Under the pieces are notes generated by a model, which saw nothing but the letters and a program-made list of their open reading frames with translations, searched no databases and was not told the origin of the DNA. A stretch of 47,688 nucleotides of DNA, from positions 33,373,999-33,421,686 of the forward strand of contig NC_069002.1 of the NCBI RefSeq assembly GCF_001194135.2, read 5' to 3'. The position numbers and the translations under genes were made by a program. The DNA is from Octopus bimaculoides. Its lineage: Eukaryota. Positions 36,426-47,688 of the stretch are shown in pieces (the stretch's first letter is position 1; every line of letters starts with the position of its first letter).

Positions 36426-36957
36426 AGACTAACATGGTGCTAGAAATAGCTAGTAACACTTATTGTGTATACAACAGAAATACCTTATTCTGTGAAGTGC
36501 ACTTAACCAGTTACCATTCAGATTACTCTGTCAAGTGTAATGCTTATTTGTTCGCATTGCTTTGAATTAATAATGAATTACCTCATGATTTTGAGATCCC
36601 AGTGATACGATAGTTTATTTTTAGAATGACATAATGTGAGAGGCTGGATCTGGACAGTCTGAACAAAGAAACAAACGAAAAAGACAAACGAAATAGAATA
36701 TATGAGTTTAATATGGTGGGTTTGATTGCTAAAAGGTTAAAAAAACTTTCCGCGGATCGTATGGGCATGGATTAAACGTATTTGGTTACGTATTTATTCA
36801 ATAGAGACTAATCTGGCGCGTAAAATAAAAAGACGACGATAATAAAAACAAGAACATTAATCAGCTGTGAAATATCATTTCCATAGCATGTGTCCGTGTA
36901 TATATGTGTTTGCGTATGTGTGAATTTGTGTGTTTACGTATATGTGTTTTATGTATA

Positions 36958-36992
<35 letters not shown>

Positions 36993-37028
36993 GTATGTAC
37001 GTGTGTGTGTGTGTATGTGTGTGTGTGT

Positions 37029-37073
<45 letters not shown>

Positions 37074-38817
37074 GATGTATGCTTTCGTGTGAAATATAGA
37101 AAATTCCTGGTTGATCTATTCCGTTGTTTTATATTTATCCGCCATAACTTTATATTCATTAATATCTGCTTTGTGTGTTTAAAACAAAATATAAAGTTCT
37201 TTCGTTGCAGACAACGAGGCAATTGAATGGAAACTTTGGTTCTGCAGCTATGTCTCCTTGTGTTGTAATGAAAAAAATATCCTAAACACAATTCTACATA
37301 CTTTCGCCATGGCCGATAATTCTATGAATATTCCAGACAAATGGCCGCCAGATCCATTAATACAACCAATTTTGGAAACATGTGTTTATAGCAGCGCTTG
37401 ATATTGTTTTTAATGTTGTTAATGTCGTCGCTGTCATCTTTGTTTTCGATATTGTTTCTACTGCTACGACTTCCACTGCTGCTGTTTGTGAATTTTTCGT
37501 TTTCATTATCGGCAAATATCTGTCATGTATTTAATTTTATTCGTTTACAGTTTTATCCTTCTTTCCGCTTACATTGCACTCTGGCCATACTGGGGCAATG
37601 GCTGCAAGGTTGAAGTCAATGGCCACCCCCGACCATTTTTAAGTATACGTATTGCACTTATCCTGACGGTTAATTTCACGAACTACAGAGTTAGAACGCA
37701 AACAAACCGACTGTGAGCATAACCATACAATCACATCCGCGCGCACACTAACACACACAGAATACACACACACATATAACAATTTTCTCGTAATATTCTC
37801 ACCTGAACAATTCTTACACAATCCAATCTATTAATAGACGAAATTTTCACATGGTGCTGCAATATGGAAGTGAATCAGAGACCAGGTGGCTGCGAATGGT
37901 AATTCTCTACCACTGAGCCGTGTTATGTGTCTCAGTGTGGCGAATAAAGCATTTTTCTGCCAAAACACAACAGAAACAACACAACAACATTGAGTGGAAC
38001 CGTACCAACACAAGCAGCATCAAAAGCGAATAAAACACTAACAGGAATAACATCAACAGCAGAAATCGCAAAAGCAATAGAAACAACAAAAACAATACAA
38101 ATATAACATGAAAATAAAGAGCCGTGACAAGAATAACAATAATTGCAACACTTGGAACAGTGAGTGTAGAGTTGCTTATTTGAAACGAGAATGTCAATTG
38201 GTTAGCTACCTCATGTAAAATTGTGATTCACATAGTTGAGAACAATGAGCGTACAGAGACGGGGTCGGTCTCTAGGTTGAGATGGATGACTAATAACACA
38301 GTAATATAATACTGAGGAGAGGGATGAATAAATAGAGGCAATTGTACGTTGGAGAGAAGCCCTTATGTAATTTATTTCTTGGGTCTCGAGGGAGATGCAA
38401 TGCCTATGAGCATTGTAGACATTTCTAGACCTGTGAGAATGATGCCATTATAGTTTCTGTTAAATACATGCGACGCTAAATATGCGCGGGAAACACTTGA
38501 TGCGGTAATACCCGGCGGATAGCATTCGGAGAAGAAAGGATTTGTGGTAACGAATACAGAGGGGTCTGGAACACAAGGGTGATGTGAGAGGGAGACATGA
38601 TGCGGAGGAGAGGGCGTGGATGCAGGTTAGATGAGTTCAGACAAATGATGTTCTAACAGCGGTAGAAGAGTAAATAACAAAGACATGCCATAGAACGAGA
38701 AAAATGCAAACAACGATAGCTGCAAATCCAAAAGCAGAAACAGCAAGAACAATGAGTGTAACCATCAATACGCAAAAAAGAACCACAAAGAACAAGAGCA
38801 GCAATACTAATAATAAT

Positions 38818-38821
38818 GATG

Positions 38822-38886
<65 letters not shown>
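38818..38886 (+). repeat. (AAT)n microsatellite directly upstream of the hammerhead-bearing unit
   Basis: Read directly. Confidence 0.95.
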
Positions 38887-38889
<3 letters not shown>

Positions 38890-39045
38890 GAAAAATACCT
38901 TAGAAATGAGAACCCAGGTTCAAAATTTCCCGAAGACACCTGAAGAAGGCTGGAGAGTATATCAGCCGAAACGTTGTGTTAACAAGAAACAAAATGAGGA
39001 CATATATCAGTCAAATGTAAATTATGTACATAATTCCTCATCTCT
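38890..39045 (+). mobile_element. Penelope-like terminal-repeat unit with an intact hammerhead motif
   Basis: Aligns over about 135 bp with 16782-16916 (minus). Confidence 0.75.
38935..38980 (+). ncRNA. Minimal type I hammerhead ribozyme (PLE-type, predicted to act as a dimer)
   Basis: Stem I GACAC/GUGUU, core CUGAAGA, extra A, stem II GGCUG/CAGCC, GAA, palindromic stem III ACGU, predicted cleavage after GUU (38975). Confidence 0.7.
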
Positions 39046-39067
39046 TCAATATAGAACAGTATTTTAT

Positions 39068-39199
39068 ATACCTGTTGTCATAGGTGCCCTAGGAATGATA
39101 GGAAAGGGACTGATTCCTAGCTAGCTCAGATACCAGTAAAGATCAAAATGGCAGAAATTCAAAAGATAATGCTTATGGGAACTGCCCGTATCTTACGTA
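39068..39199 (+). mobile_element. R4/Dong-type LINE, extreme C-terminal fragment
   Basis: IPVVIGALGMIGKG then, in another frame, IKMAEIQKIMLMGTARILR; both are typical end-of-ORF motifs of RLE-clade elements. Confidence 0.78.
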
Positions 39200-39285
39200 T
39201 TTCGAGAAGGTATTAAGACTAGGAAAAAGAGAAGTGGTGATAGAGAGGCACCCTGGCATATGCCACATGAAATTCTTACAACTCC

Positions 39286-39288
39286 AGG

Positions 39289-39323
<35 letters not shown>

Positions 39324-39327
39324 TATT

Positions 39328-39370
<43 letters not shown>

Positions 39371-39400
39371 TTGTTATTGTTATTATCATTACTACGATTA
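39286..39400 (+). repeat. (ATT)n repeat
   Basis: Read directly. Confidence 0.93.
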
Positions 39401-39479
39401 TCAGTATTATGAATATCATCTCTATACTTACACTTATAAGAATTCTCATTATTTCGCTACACGGAATTTTGTAGCGTGT

Positions 39480-39535
<56 letters not shown>

Positions 39536-39574
39536 TATACGTATATATATTTATACGCATATACATATATATGT

Positions 39575-39612
<38 letters not shown>

Positions 39613-40548
39613 TATATATGTGTGTGTGTGTGTGTATGTATATATATACTTATATGCATAAATATGTATATATGTATATATATATATATATGTGTATATA
39701 TATATTAATATATATATATATATATATATGTATGTATATATTTGTATATATACATATATAAATGCGTGTGCGTTTTATATGTATGTTTGTATGTACTTGT
39801 TTGTGTTTGCGTGTGTTTGCATGTGTACGTGTATAAATGTATGTAGGCATCTATTTGTGCTGCCGATGTCATTCACATGACCCGTATGTTCGCTGAGTTT
39901 TTTTTTCTTTTTTTTTTCAAGATATTTGCCATTCCTTTTTTTTTTCGTTCAGATTTTACTGAATGAAAAAGAAAACTGTAAAATGAGAAAGAAAGAAAAA
40001 AAAATACATGTAACCAAAACAAAAATACTTTTTAAAAATATGATTTTGATGAAATTTTAATGAAATATGGTGGCAGTGGAGTTTGAGGAAATAGACAATT
40101 TTGGTAAACTAATGAAAGTCACATAGCAATTGAAGAACTCCGTTATTTTCATTAAATTCTTGCAGAACGTTGCTTCTGGCTATGAAATATAACGAATTCT
40201 AGCCTTTGATGTACTTCCTTCTGTGTTGCTTTTGTCTATTTTTTGTTTGTTCTTTTCAACGATATTAAACATACATACACACACAAATACAGGCACACAC
40301 ACACACCCACACACACCCACACACCCTCACCCACACACACGCACACACACACACACACACTCATAGAGAGGAAACACGACAGTATACATGAACATGCGCA
40401 TCTCACGTATATATGACTTTCCGCATCCCATATACATATATGCATGCATTTATACACACGCACACACAGTGTATATATATATATATATATATGTGTATAT
40501 ACACATACGTTTACATTGATGTCTACATGCACACGAATACATATGTAC

Positions 40549-40579
<31 letters not shown>

Positions 40580-40624
40580 TACACATGTATACACACACTC
40601 ACACCTACAACCACACCTACATCC

Positions 40625-40657
<33 letters not shown>

Positions 40658-40929
40658 GACACAGGCACACAGACATATACGTACACACACGCAAGCACAC
40701 ATTCGTACACGCATTCGGTCGCACACGCACACACATATATGCATGTATTTCATGTATGTACATGAATAGGAAAACGAATGGTTACAAAAGCGTACACAAG
40801 CAGATGCACAAATTCATGGAGACATGTACACGCGCACAAGAAAAGACTGAAAATTATCCGAACACCATTTAAATATACGATAACTAGCACTTCCTGATAT
40901 ACGGAATTATTTACATATTGAATAATTGA

Positions 40930-41008
<79 letters not shown>

Positions 41009-41710
41009 TAATTATAAACACACATAAACAGAGATACATATTCATACACACACACACATACACACACACACACACACACACAAACAAACACACACACAGG
41101 CACGCACATATTCGCACAGAAACAATGGCAGTCATAAAGAGCAACATGCTGACACACACACGCACGCACACAAATACTTATAAACACACATACACAGAGA
41201 TACATATTCATATACACACACATACACAAGCACGAACATATACGCACACATACAATGGCAGGCATAAGCAGAATCACACTAAAGCACACACAAATATAAA
41301 CACACATAAACAGATATACTTATTGACACACACACATGCGCACACATACATGCACGCACACATACGCACACACAGGCCAGTCATAAACAGATACACACTG
41401 ACACACACGCAAATATAAACACACATAAACAGACATACATATTGACACACACCAACACACGCACGTGTACACACACGCACTCGTACGCACACACTCACAC
41501 ACACAATGCCAATCATAAACCGAAGTACACTGACACAGACACACAAATATAAACACACGCCGAGGTATCTATTGACGTACACACACACACACATTCACGC
41601 TAATTCAATCACATAAATATATACACACTGACACACACAAATATCAACACACTTAAACATAGATACACGTTCACATACACACACACACGCACACACACAG
41701 AAGTACACAA
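40930..41710 (+). repeat. (CA)n tract grading into a diverged higher-order repeat of about 120-130 bp
   Basis: Recurring CAAATATAAACACACATAAACAGA and CAATGGCAGTCATAA-like words (see findings). Confidence 0.75.
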
Positions 41711-41917
41711 ACATACACGTGGACTTATACAACCACACATAGACCGATAAATAACTGTTGTTCTCCTCTAGAACAATATTAAAATTTGAAACGGATATTT
41801 TTAAGATTATTTCATTTTCTTTTATATTCTGGTTTGTAAAGAATTACCTTGTTTCTCTTCTCTGGATTAAAAACATTTCTTTTGATTTTTGGTTTGTATT
41901 TTTGCATATATATTTTC

Positions 41918-42217
41918 ATGTTTAGTCCCACCGCGTGGCACCTTGGGCATGTGCCTTCTACTATAGCCGCGGGCCGACCAAAGCCTTGTGAGTGGATTTG
42001 GTAGACGGAAACTGAAAGAAGCCCGTCGTATATATGTATGAGTATATGTGTGTTTGTGTGTCTGTGTTTGTCCCCTCAGCATCGCTTGACATCCGATGCT
42101 GTTGTGTTTACGTCCCCGTAACTTAGCGGTTCGGCAATAAGGGACCGATAGAAGAAGTACTAGGCTTACAAAGAATGTGTCCTGGGGTCGATTTGCTCGA
42201 CTCAAGGCGGTGCTCCA
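41918..42217 (+). mobile_element. SINE family B, lacking the first part of the head
   Basis: GTCCCACCGCGTGGCACCTTGGGCATGTGCCTTCTACTATAGCC...GGGGTCGATTTGCTCGACTCAAGGCGGTGCTCCA. Confidence 0.9.
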
Positions 42218-42308
42218 CAAAAAAAAAACACACAAAAAAATCCAAACCAGTTAAGTGAGGAGATTTAAGGGTTGTCTCAAACATGACGGGTAGAAATATG
42301 CGTGTACC

Positions 42309-42392
42309 TTGTTGTTTTGTAATGACAGGATTGTAATGACAGGATTGTAATTGTTGTTTTGTAATGACAGGATTGTAAAGACAGGATTGTAA
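42309..42392 (+). repeat. Nested tandem duplication, 2 x 42 bp, each containing 2 x 14 bp
   Basis: TTGTTGTT-TTGTAATGACAGGA-TTGTAATGACAGGA-TTGTAA twice, with one mismatch. Confidence 0.9.
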
Positions 42393-42477
42393 TAAACGCG
42401 ATAAATTCACAAAAACAAAAGGTGTGACTCTATGTGACATTAAAGTTTTGGTACAGAGTGCAAAAAAAAATCTCATT

Positions 42478-42860
42478 GATGATTAGAAAGATGATGATGA
42501 TGATGGCGGTGATGATGATGATGATGATGATGAAGATGATGATTATGATGATGATGATGATGATGACGATGATGATGACGATAAGAATGATGATGATTAT
42601 TTGGATCAGGATTAGGATAATAATTACGTTGATGGTAAGGATGATGATGAAAACGAAGATGATAATGACGACGATGATGAGGATAATGATGATGACGACG
42701 ATGATGATGGTGAAGAGGAGAATGAGCATGATGATGAATATTTGATGACGATGTTGATGTCGACGATGACGACGATGATGAGCTGATGATGATAACGGTG
42801 GTAGTGGTGTTGATGTCGACGACAATGATGGTGATGATGATAAGGATGATAATCATGGTG
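42478..42860 (+). repeat. Decayed (GAT)n repeat
   Basis: Read directly; source of the poly-M/I/H ORFs. Confidence 0.9.
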
Positions 42861-43261
42861 ACCACTTGTTCTCCTCTTCATCATATTCATCGTTTTCAGT
42901 CCGGTCACAAATAACTTCGTTGGAACTCCTACCAATAAATTCTGTGAAATTCGGTCGTAATACACAAAATGATTTCTCTCTATCAACAATCCCAAATTAG
43001 CAGACCCATCCATATTCTTTGGATGATTTCATAAACAACACACCCAGATTTCCAAAAATCTCGTGTATGTGAATTAAAAGAAATATTATTTATACGGTGT
43101 CAGCACGAAACATTAAATAGACATCAACACGTTCATTACTGTCGTTGACATATTTATTCTCCCATCTCCTTATTCTCCTCCTTCAGCATTCGTCCTTCTC
43201 CCCATCCTCAAAAACAAATCGACACAAATTTGCCAATCATAAAACAAAGTGAAAAATTTTA

Positions 43262-43410
43262 GCTGTGTGGTAAGTAGCTGACGAACCACATGGTTCCGGG
43301 TTCATTCCCACTGTGTAGCACCTTGGGCAAGTGTCTTCTACTATAGCCATGCGGCGACCAAAGCCTTGTGAGTGCATTTGGTAGACGGAAACTGAAAGAA
43401 GCCCGTCGTA
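43262..43410 (+). mobile_element. SINE family B, 5' half running into (TA)n and a gap
   Basis: GCTGTGTGGTAAGTAGC...AACCACATGGTTCCGGGTTCATTCCCACTGTGTAGCACCTTGGGCAAGTGTCTTCTACTATAGCC. Confidence 0.88.
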
Positions 43411-43918
43411 TATATATATATATATATATNNNNNNNNNNNNNNNNNNNNNNNNNNNNNNNNNNNNNNNNNNNNNNNNNNNNNNNNNNNNNNNNNNNNNNN
43501 NNNNNNNNNNNNNNNNNNNNNNNNNNNNNNNNNNNNNNNNNNNNNNNNNNNNNNNNNNNNNNNNNNNNNNNNNNNNNNNNNNNNNNNNNNNNNNNNNNNN
43601 NNNNNNNNNNNNNNNNNNNNNNNNNNNNNNNNNNNNNNNNNNNNNNNNNNNNNNNNNNNNNNNNNNNNNNNNNNNNNNNNNNNNNNNNNNNNNNNNNNNN
43701 NNNNNNNNNNNNNNNNNNNNNNNNNNNNNNNNNNNNNNNNNNNNNNNNNNNNNNNNNNNNNNNNNNNNNNNNNNNNNNNNNNNNNNNNNNNNNNNNNNNN
43801 NNNNNNNNNNNNNNNNNNNNNNNNNNNNNNNNNNNNNNNNNNNNNNNNNNNNNNNNNNNNNNNNNNNNNNNNNNNNNNNNNNNNNNNNNNNNNNNNNNNN
43901 NNNNNNNNNNNNNNNNNN

Positions 43919-44222
43919 TGAGTGTTTATTGAGCGAAAACACCTAAAGCTCCACGGCAGGGGATGGTGGCGAACCCTGCTGTACTCTTCCACCACACCTT
44001 TCTCTCACTCTTTCTTCCTGTTTCTGTTGTGCCTGTAATTCAAAGGGTCAACCTTGTCACACTCTATGTCACGCTGAATATCCCCGAGAAGTACGTTAAG
44101 AGTACACGTGTCTGTGGAATGCTCAGCCACTTAGACGTTAACTTCACGAGCAGGCTGTTCCGTTGATCGGATCAACTGGAACCCTCGACGTCGTAAGCGA
44201 CGGAGTGCCAACAACAACAACA
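43919..44222 (+). mobile_element. SINE family A, head hidden in the gap
   Basis: TGAGTGTTTATTGAGCGAAAACACCTAAAGCTCC...GTCGTAAGCGACGGAGTGCCAACAACAACAA. Confidence 0.92.
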
Positions 44223-45186
44223 AATATTGCTTCTGTACATGATGCTCACACGTCGAGATAGAGCTATATCCTGCTGTCTCATTCATTAAATTGTTTCACA
44301 TTTACCTAACGTACAACTGGGATTTTCTTATACTTATTCACAAATAGATTGCTGTCAACATTTAACATATTCACACATATGTCTAAACTTATAGTTATAT
44401 ACCAGTGCACGTATTTAAATATAAAAGAAATAAATCATGCGGCCCATGGAGAAATATAGTCTCAACCTTCCTTGATGTCACATCAACAAACGTATTACTG
44501 CCAAAAAATTTCTTAATCTCTCTAACGAGGAAATAGCAGATCTAAAAATTTAAGTTCCATGATTGATATGTGGAAAAACATTGCAGGTAGTTGGCAAGCC
44601 AAACTATCACATCAGAATCGTCAACCAATGGGACCCAAAGCCATTTAATAATGTAGAGAACTCGCGCAAAGGAAAGATGTTCCTAGGTTTTTGATGACAG
44701 AAATTAGTGGTTACTGCCAAAATAATGTTAACAAGTTAACAATCTACGTTGAGAACATATTAAATTACAGAAATACACTGATCATTCACAATAATGTGTG
44801 AATATATCTTGAACAAAAATTATAAATTCAGTTATGGCAATACAGAAAAATGATAAAATAAATGAAAATGGCACAAGATTATCAATCCATGTATAACTCC
44901 TGAAAATGTGTGACAGCAGTGTCTTCAATGTTATATCCTCAGTAATACAATCCTGTAACATTATACACAAGAACAAATTGTTTAGCCTAAAAGACTGGGT
45001 ATCTATGAGAAGTGGCGGTTATAGCTAATAACATGAACATAAAACAGATAATAGACATTGTCTGTAGTGGGTAGTTAAATTTTACAAAAGGAGAGACCTA
45101 AAGTTGCCTAGCCACTAACGCTAGAAATAGATGCCAAATAGCAAATAAAGGATTTAAGATTATATATTATTGCATATATTATTGAA

Positions 45187-45305
45187 TATTCTTTTCTATT
45201 CTGGGCACAAGACAGCACATTTTGATGGGAGGGGGCCAGTCGATTATATCGACCCCAGTACGTAGCTGGTAATTTATTTATCGCCCCCCTAAAGGATGAA
45301 AGGCA
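45187..45305 (-). mobile_element. SINE family C, 3' half
   Basis: GGGCACAAG...GGGGCCAGTCGATTATATCGACCCCAGTACG...TTTATCGCCCCCTAAAGGATGAAAGGCA. Confidence 0.8.
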
Positions 45306-45427
45306 TTATTGTATATTAATGTAGTAATGCATATGATACCGATTGTTCAGGAAACAATTGTATGCACCCCTCCGTTAAAACATGAATATGTGTGTGTGTG
45401 TGTGTGTGAGTGCGTGCCTGCATATAT

Positions 45428-45469
<42 letters not shown>

Positions 45470-46611
45470 ATATGTATATATATATATATATATATATANN
45501 NNNNNNNNNNNNNNNNNNNNNNNNNNNNNNNNNNNNNNNNNNNNNNNNNNNNNNNNNNNNNNNNNNNNNNNNNNNNNNNNNNNNNNNNNNNNNNNNNNNN
45601 NNNNNNNNNNNNNNNNNNNNNNNNNNNNNNNNNNNNNNNNNNNNNNNNNNNNNNNNNNNNNNNNNNNNNNNNNNNNNNNNNNNNNNNNNNNNNNNNNNNN
45701 NNNNNNNNNNNNNNNNNNNNNNNNNNNNNNNNNNNNNNNNNNNNNNNNNNNNNNNNNNNNNNNNNNNNNNNNNNNNNNNNNNNNNNNNNNNNNNNNNNNN
45801 NNNNNNNNNNNNNNNNNNNNNNNNNNNNNNNNNNNNNNNNNNNNNNNNNNNNNNNNNNNNNNNNNNNNNNNNNNNNNNNNNNNNNNNNNNNNNNNNNNNN
45901 NNNNNNNNNNNNNNNNNNNNNNNNNNNNNNNNNNNNNNNNNNNNNNNNNNNNNNNNNNNNNNNNNNNNNNNNNNNNNNNNNNNNNNNNNNNNNNNNNNNN
46001 NNNNNNNNNNNNNNNNNNNNNNNNNNNNNNNNNNNNNNNNNNNNNNNNNNNNNNNNNNNNNNNNNNNNNNNNNNNNNNNNNNNNNNNNNNNNNNNNNNNN
46101 NNNNNNNNNNNNNNNNNNNNNNNNNNNNNNNNNNNNNNNNNNNNNNNNNNNNNNNNNNNNNNNNNNNNNNNNNNNNNNNNNNNNNNNNNNNNNNNNTAAG
46201 ATAAATATTTAAATTTCTTTTCTATTTGAAAATTGGTTATGAAACACGTGTAATCTTTTTATTATATTTATCTTATGATATTTACTTTACTTTATATTAT
46301 ACTAATTTATTGTGCTTTTAATTATTAATTTTTCTATATGTGATAGTGGATTTTCATCGATGAGTTCTTGAAAATTGGTTATTTTCCCTAAAACTATATA
46401 TATTTTATATATACTTTATAAGGCTCAATTTAATTTTAATTTTTTATAAATTGATTTTAATTGAGTTTTTTACCTGTAATTTTGGATTTTGTCCCTAATA
46501 ATATTATTATATATACATATATATAATTTGGTGGCTAGGCTTTTTGTGGAATGTCAGCAGTGAAAGATGTGCCGCTTGTATAGCGAGTGCATGTGAATGT
46601 TATTGTTGGTG

Positions 46612-46990
46612 GTTGGCACTGAGTCGGTTACGACGAGGAGGGTTCCAGTTGATCCAATCAACGGAACAGCCTGCTCGTGAAATTAACTTGAACGTGACTG
46701 AGCAATCCACAGACATGTGTACCCTTAACGTAGTTCTCGGGGATATTCAGCGTGACACAGTGTGACAAGGCCGACCCTTTGAATTACAGGCACAACAGAA
46801 ACAGGAAGAAAGAATGAGAGAAAGTAGTGGTGAAAGAGCACAGCGGGGTTCGCCACCGTCCCCTGTCGGAGCCTTGTGGAACGTTTAGGTGTTTTCGCTC
46901 AATAAACACTCACAACGCCCGGTCTGATCGAAACCGCGATCCTAAGAACGCGAGCCCGCTGCTCTAATCACTGGGCCATTGCGCCCCCAC
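46612..46990 (-). mobile_element. SINE family A, full length
   Basis: GTTGGCACTGAGTCGGTTACGACGAGG...CTGGGCCATTGCGCCCCCAC. Confidence 0.92.
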
Positions 46991-47688
46991 TTTTTATTAT
47001 TAATATAGCATACGACACAGTTAGGGATACTTTAGGTTTTGAAATCCAGATTTGTAGACAATGAATTGATGCCTAGATTTTCTACGGATCAGCGATCGGG
47101 CCTCGCAATCGAATGGGACAGTATCGATCAGTATCGATCAAGGGATATGACGCGACATATTTGGGTGAACATTTCTAACTAAAATATTGGTGTTTTGTAC
47201 ATGCTGTGAGAATGGTGGTTCATATGTTGTTTGCATATGCCGTGTCTCTATGTCCTTGAGCAGTTACTGTATTGTGTACGTCTGTCAAGCTGTTACCTTT
47301 GTCGCAGAATTTGTAAATTGTGATGGGTGTAGAGTCGGGGTGGTGTGTGCGTATTGTATGCGTGTGTATGTGCGTGTGCGTGTGTTAGTGAGTGTGTAGA
47401 GTTTATATATGTGGCAGATGAGGGCGGTTACGTACCGATTGGGTACTGAAACTGTGTGGTTGTTTCCTTACATTTTCCTGCAGACAGGACGTGAAATGGA
47501 TGTGCAAGAACGGTCTATAGAACTCTTATTATGCAGATGTATATTTGGGTCTTGATATTTGTAATATCAGGAAGTACTCAGTTATGCAAAGAGCACATTT
47601 TGTGTGCCAGTGATATACCGTATAAACCTGACCAGAATTTTATATTTGATGTCATTTGGTATTGTTTTATTTTTCTGATAGTTCAGAG

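Larger units (their letters stand above)
2617..46196. other. Twelve assembly gaps (N runs): 2617-3303, 6728-7465, 8379-8478, 10960-11383, 12694-13456, 16038-16464, 20829-21372, 24239-24941, 29086-30009, 35102-35193, 43430-43918, 45499-46196
   Basis: Read directly from the sequence; most abut (TA)n, (TC)n or (TATC)n. The X-rich ORFs in the track come from these gaps. Confidence 0.98.

Noticed and set aside
38220-38650. Purine-rich unique-looking segment, possibly a retroelement ORF N-terminus on the minus strand
   Set aside because: No diagnostic motif was found, and there are stops in the frames I translated.
44440-44760. Very decayed Penelope-like coding remnant (TAKKFLNL)
   Set aside because: Only one short motif is recognisable; too weak to call without a profile search.
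2501-46212. Long ORFs rich in X, YI, HT, VC or homopolymeric residues
   Set aside because: They are produced by N-gaps and di-/tri-/tetranucleotide repeats, with no coding signal.
47474-47545. Strong acceptor TTTCCTTACATTTTCCTGCAG as an exon start
   Set aside because: All three frames stop within 24 codons and no good donor follows.
1-47688. CRISPR array, prokaryotic operon or integrated virus
   Set aside because: There are no regularly spaced repeat-spacer units and no long gene-dense segment; the dispersed repeats are SINEs.

Overview
Eukaryotic, AT-rich, repeat-dominated DNA with 12 N-gaps (about 6.6 kb, 14% of the window), most starting or ending in simple repeats. The SINE families and microsatellite load look like an octopus (coleoid cephalopod) genome; this is recognition from memory, not a database result. 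No complete protein-coding gene, true tRNA, rRNA or CRISPR array can be supported, and nearly all long ORFs in the track are artefacts of N-runs or simple repeats. The window holds many copies of three tRNA-derived SINE families (called A, B and C here) plus one short tRNA-headed SINE, three decayed mariner remnants, two R4/Dong-type LINE fragments, and decayed Penelope-like element (PLE) fragments. Best observations: (1) minimal hammerhead-ribozyme motifs in PLE-type repeat units, one essentially intact (38935-38980), a tandem pair spaced 298 bp (16782-17220) and a core variant (20667-20700); (2) a perfect 117-bp inverted repeat (9442-9558 / 9793-9909) with microhomology at both junctions; (3) inverted SINE pairs that could form ADAR substrates; (4) a few isolated exon candidates, the best at 28359-28466. 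I do not claim a new biological system: the ribozymes belong to a known class, and only their particular variants and arrangement may be undescribed.
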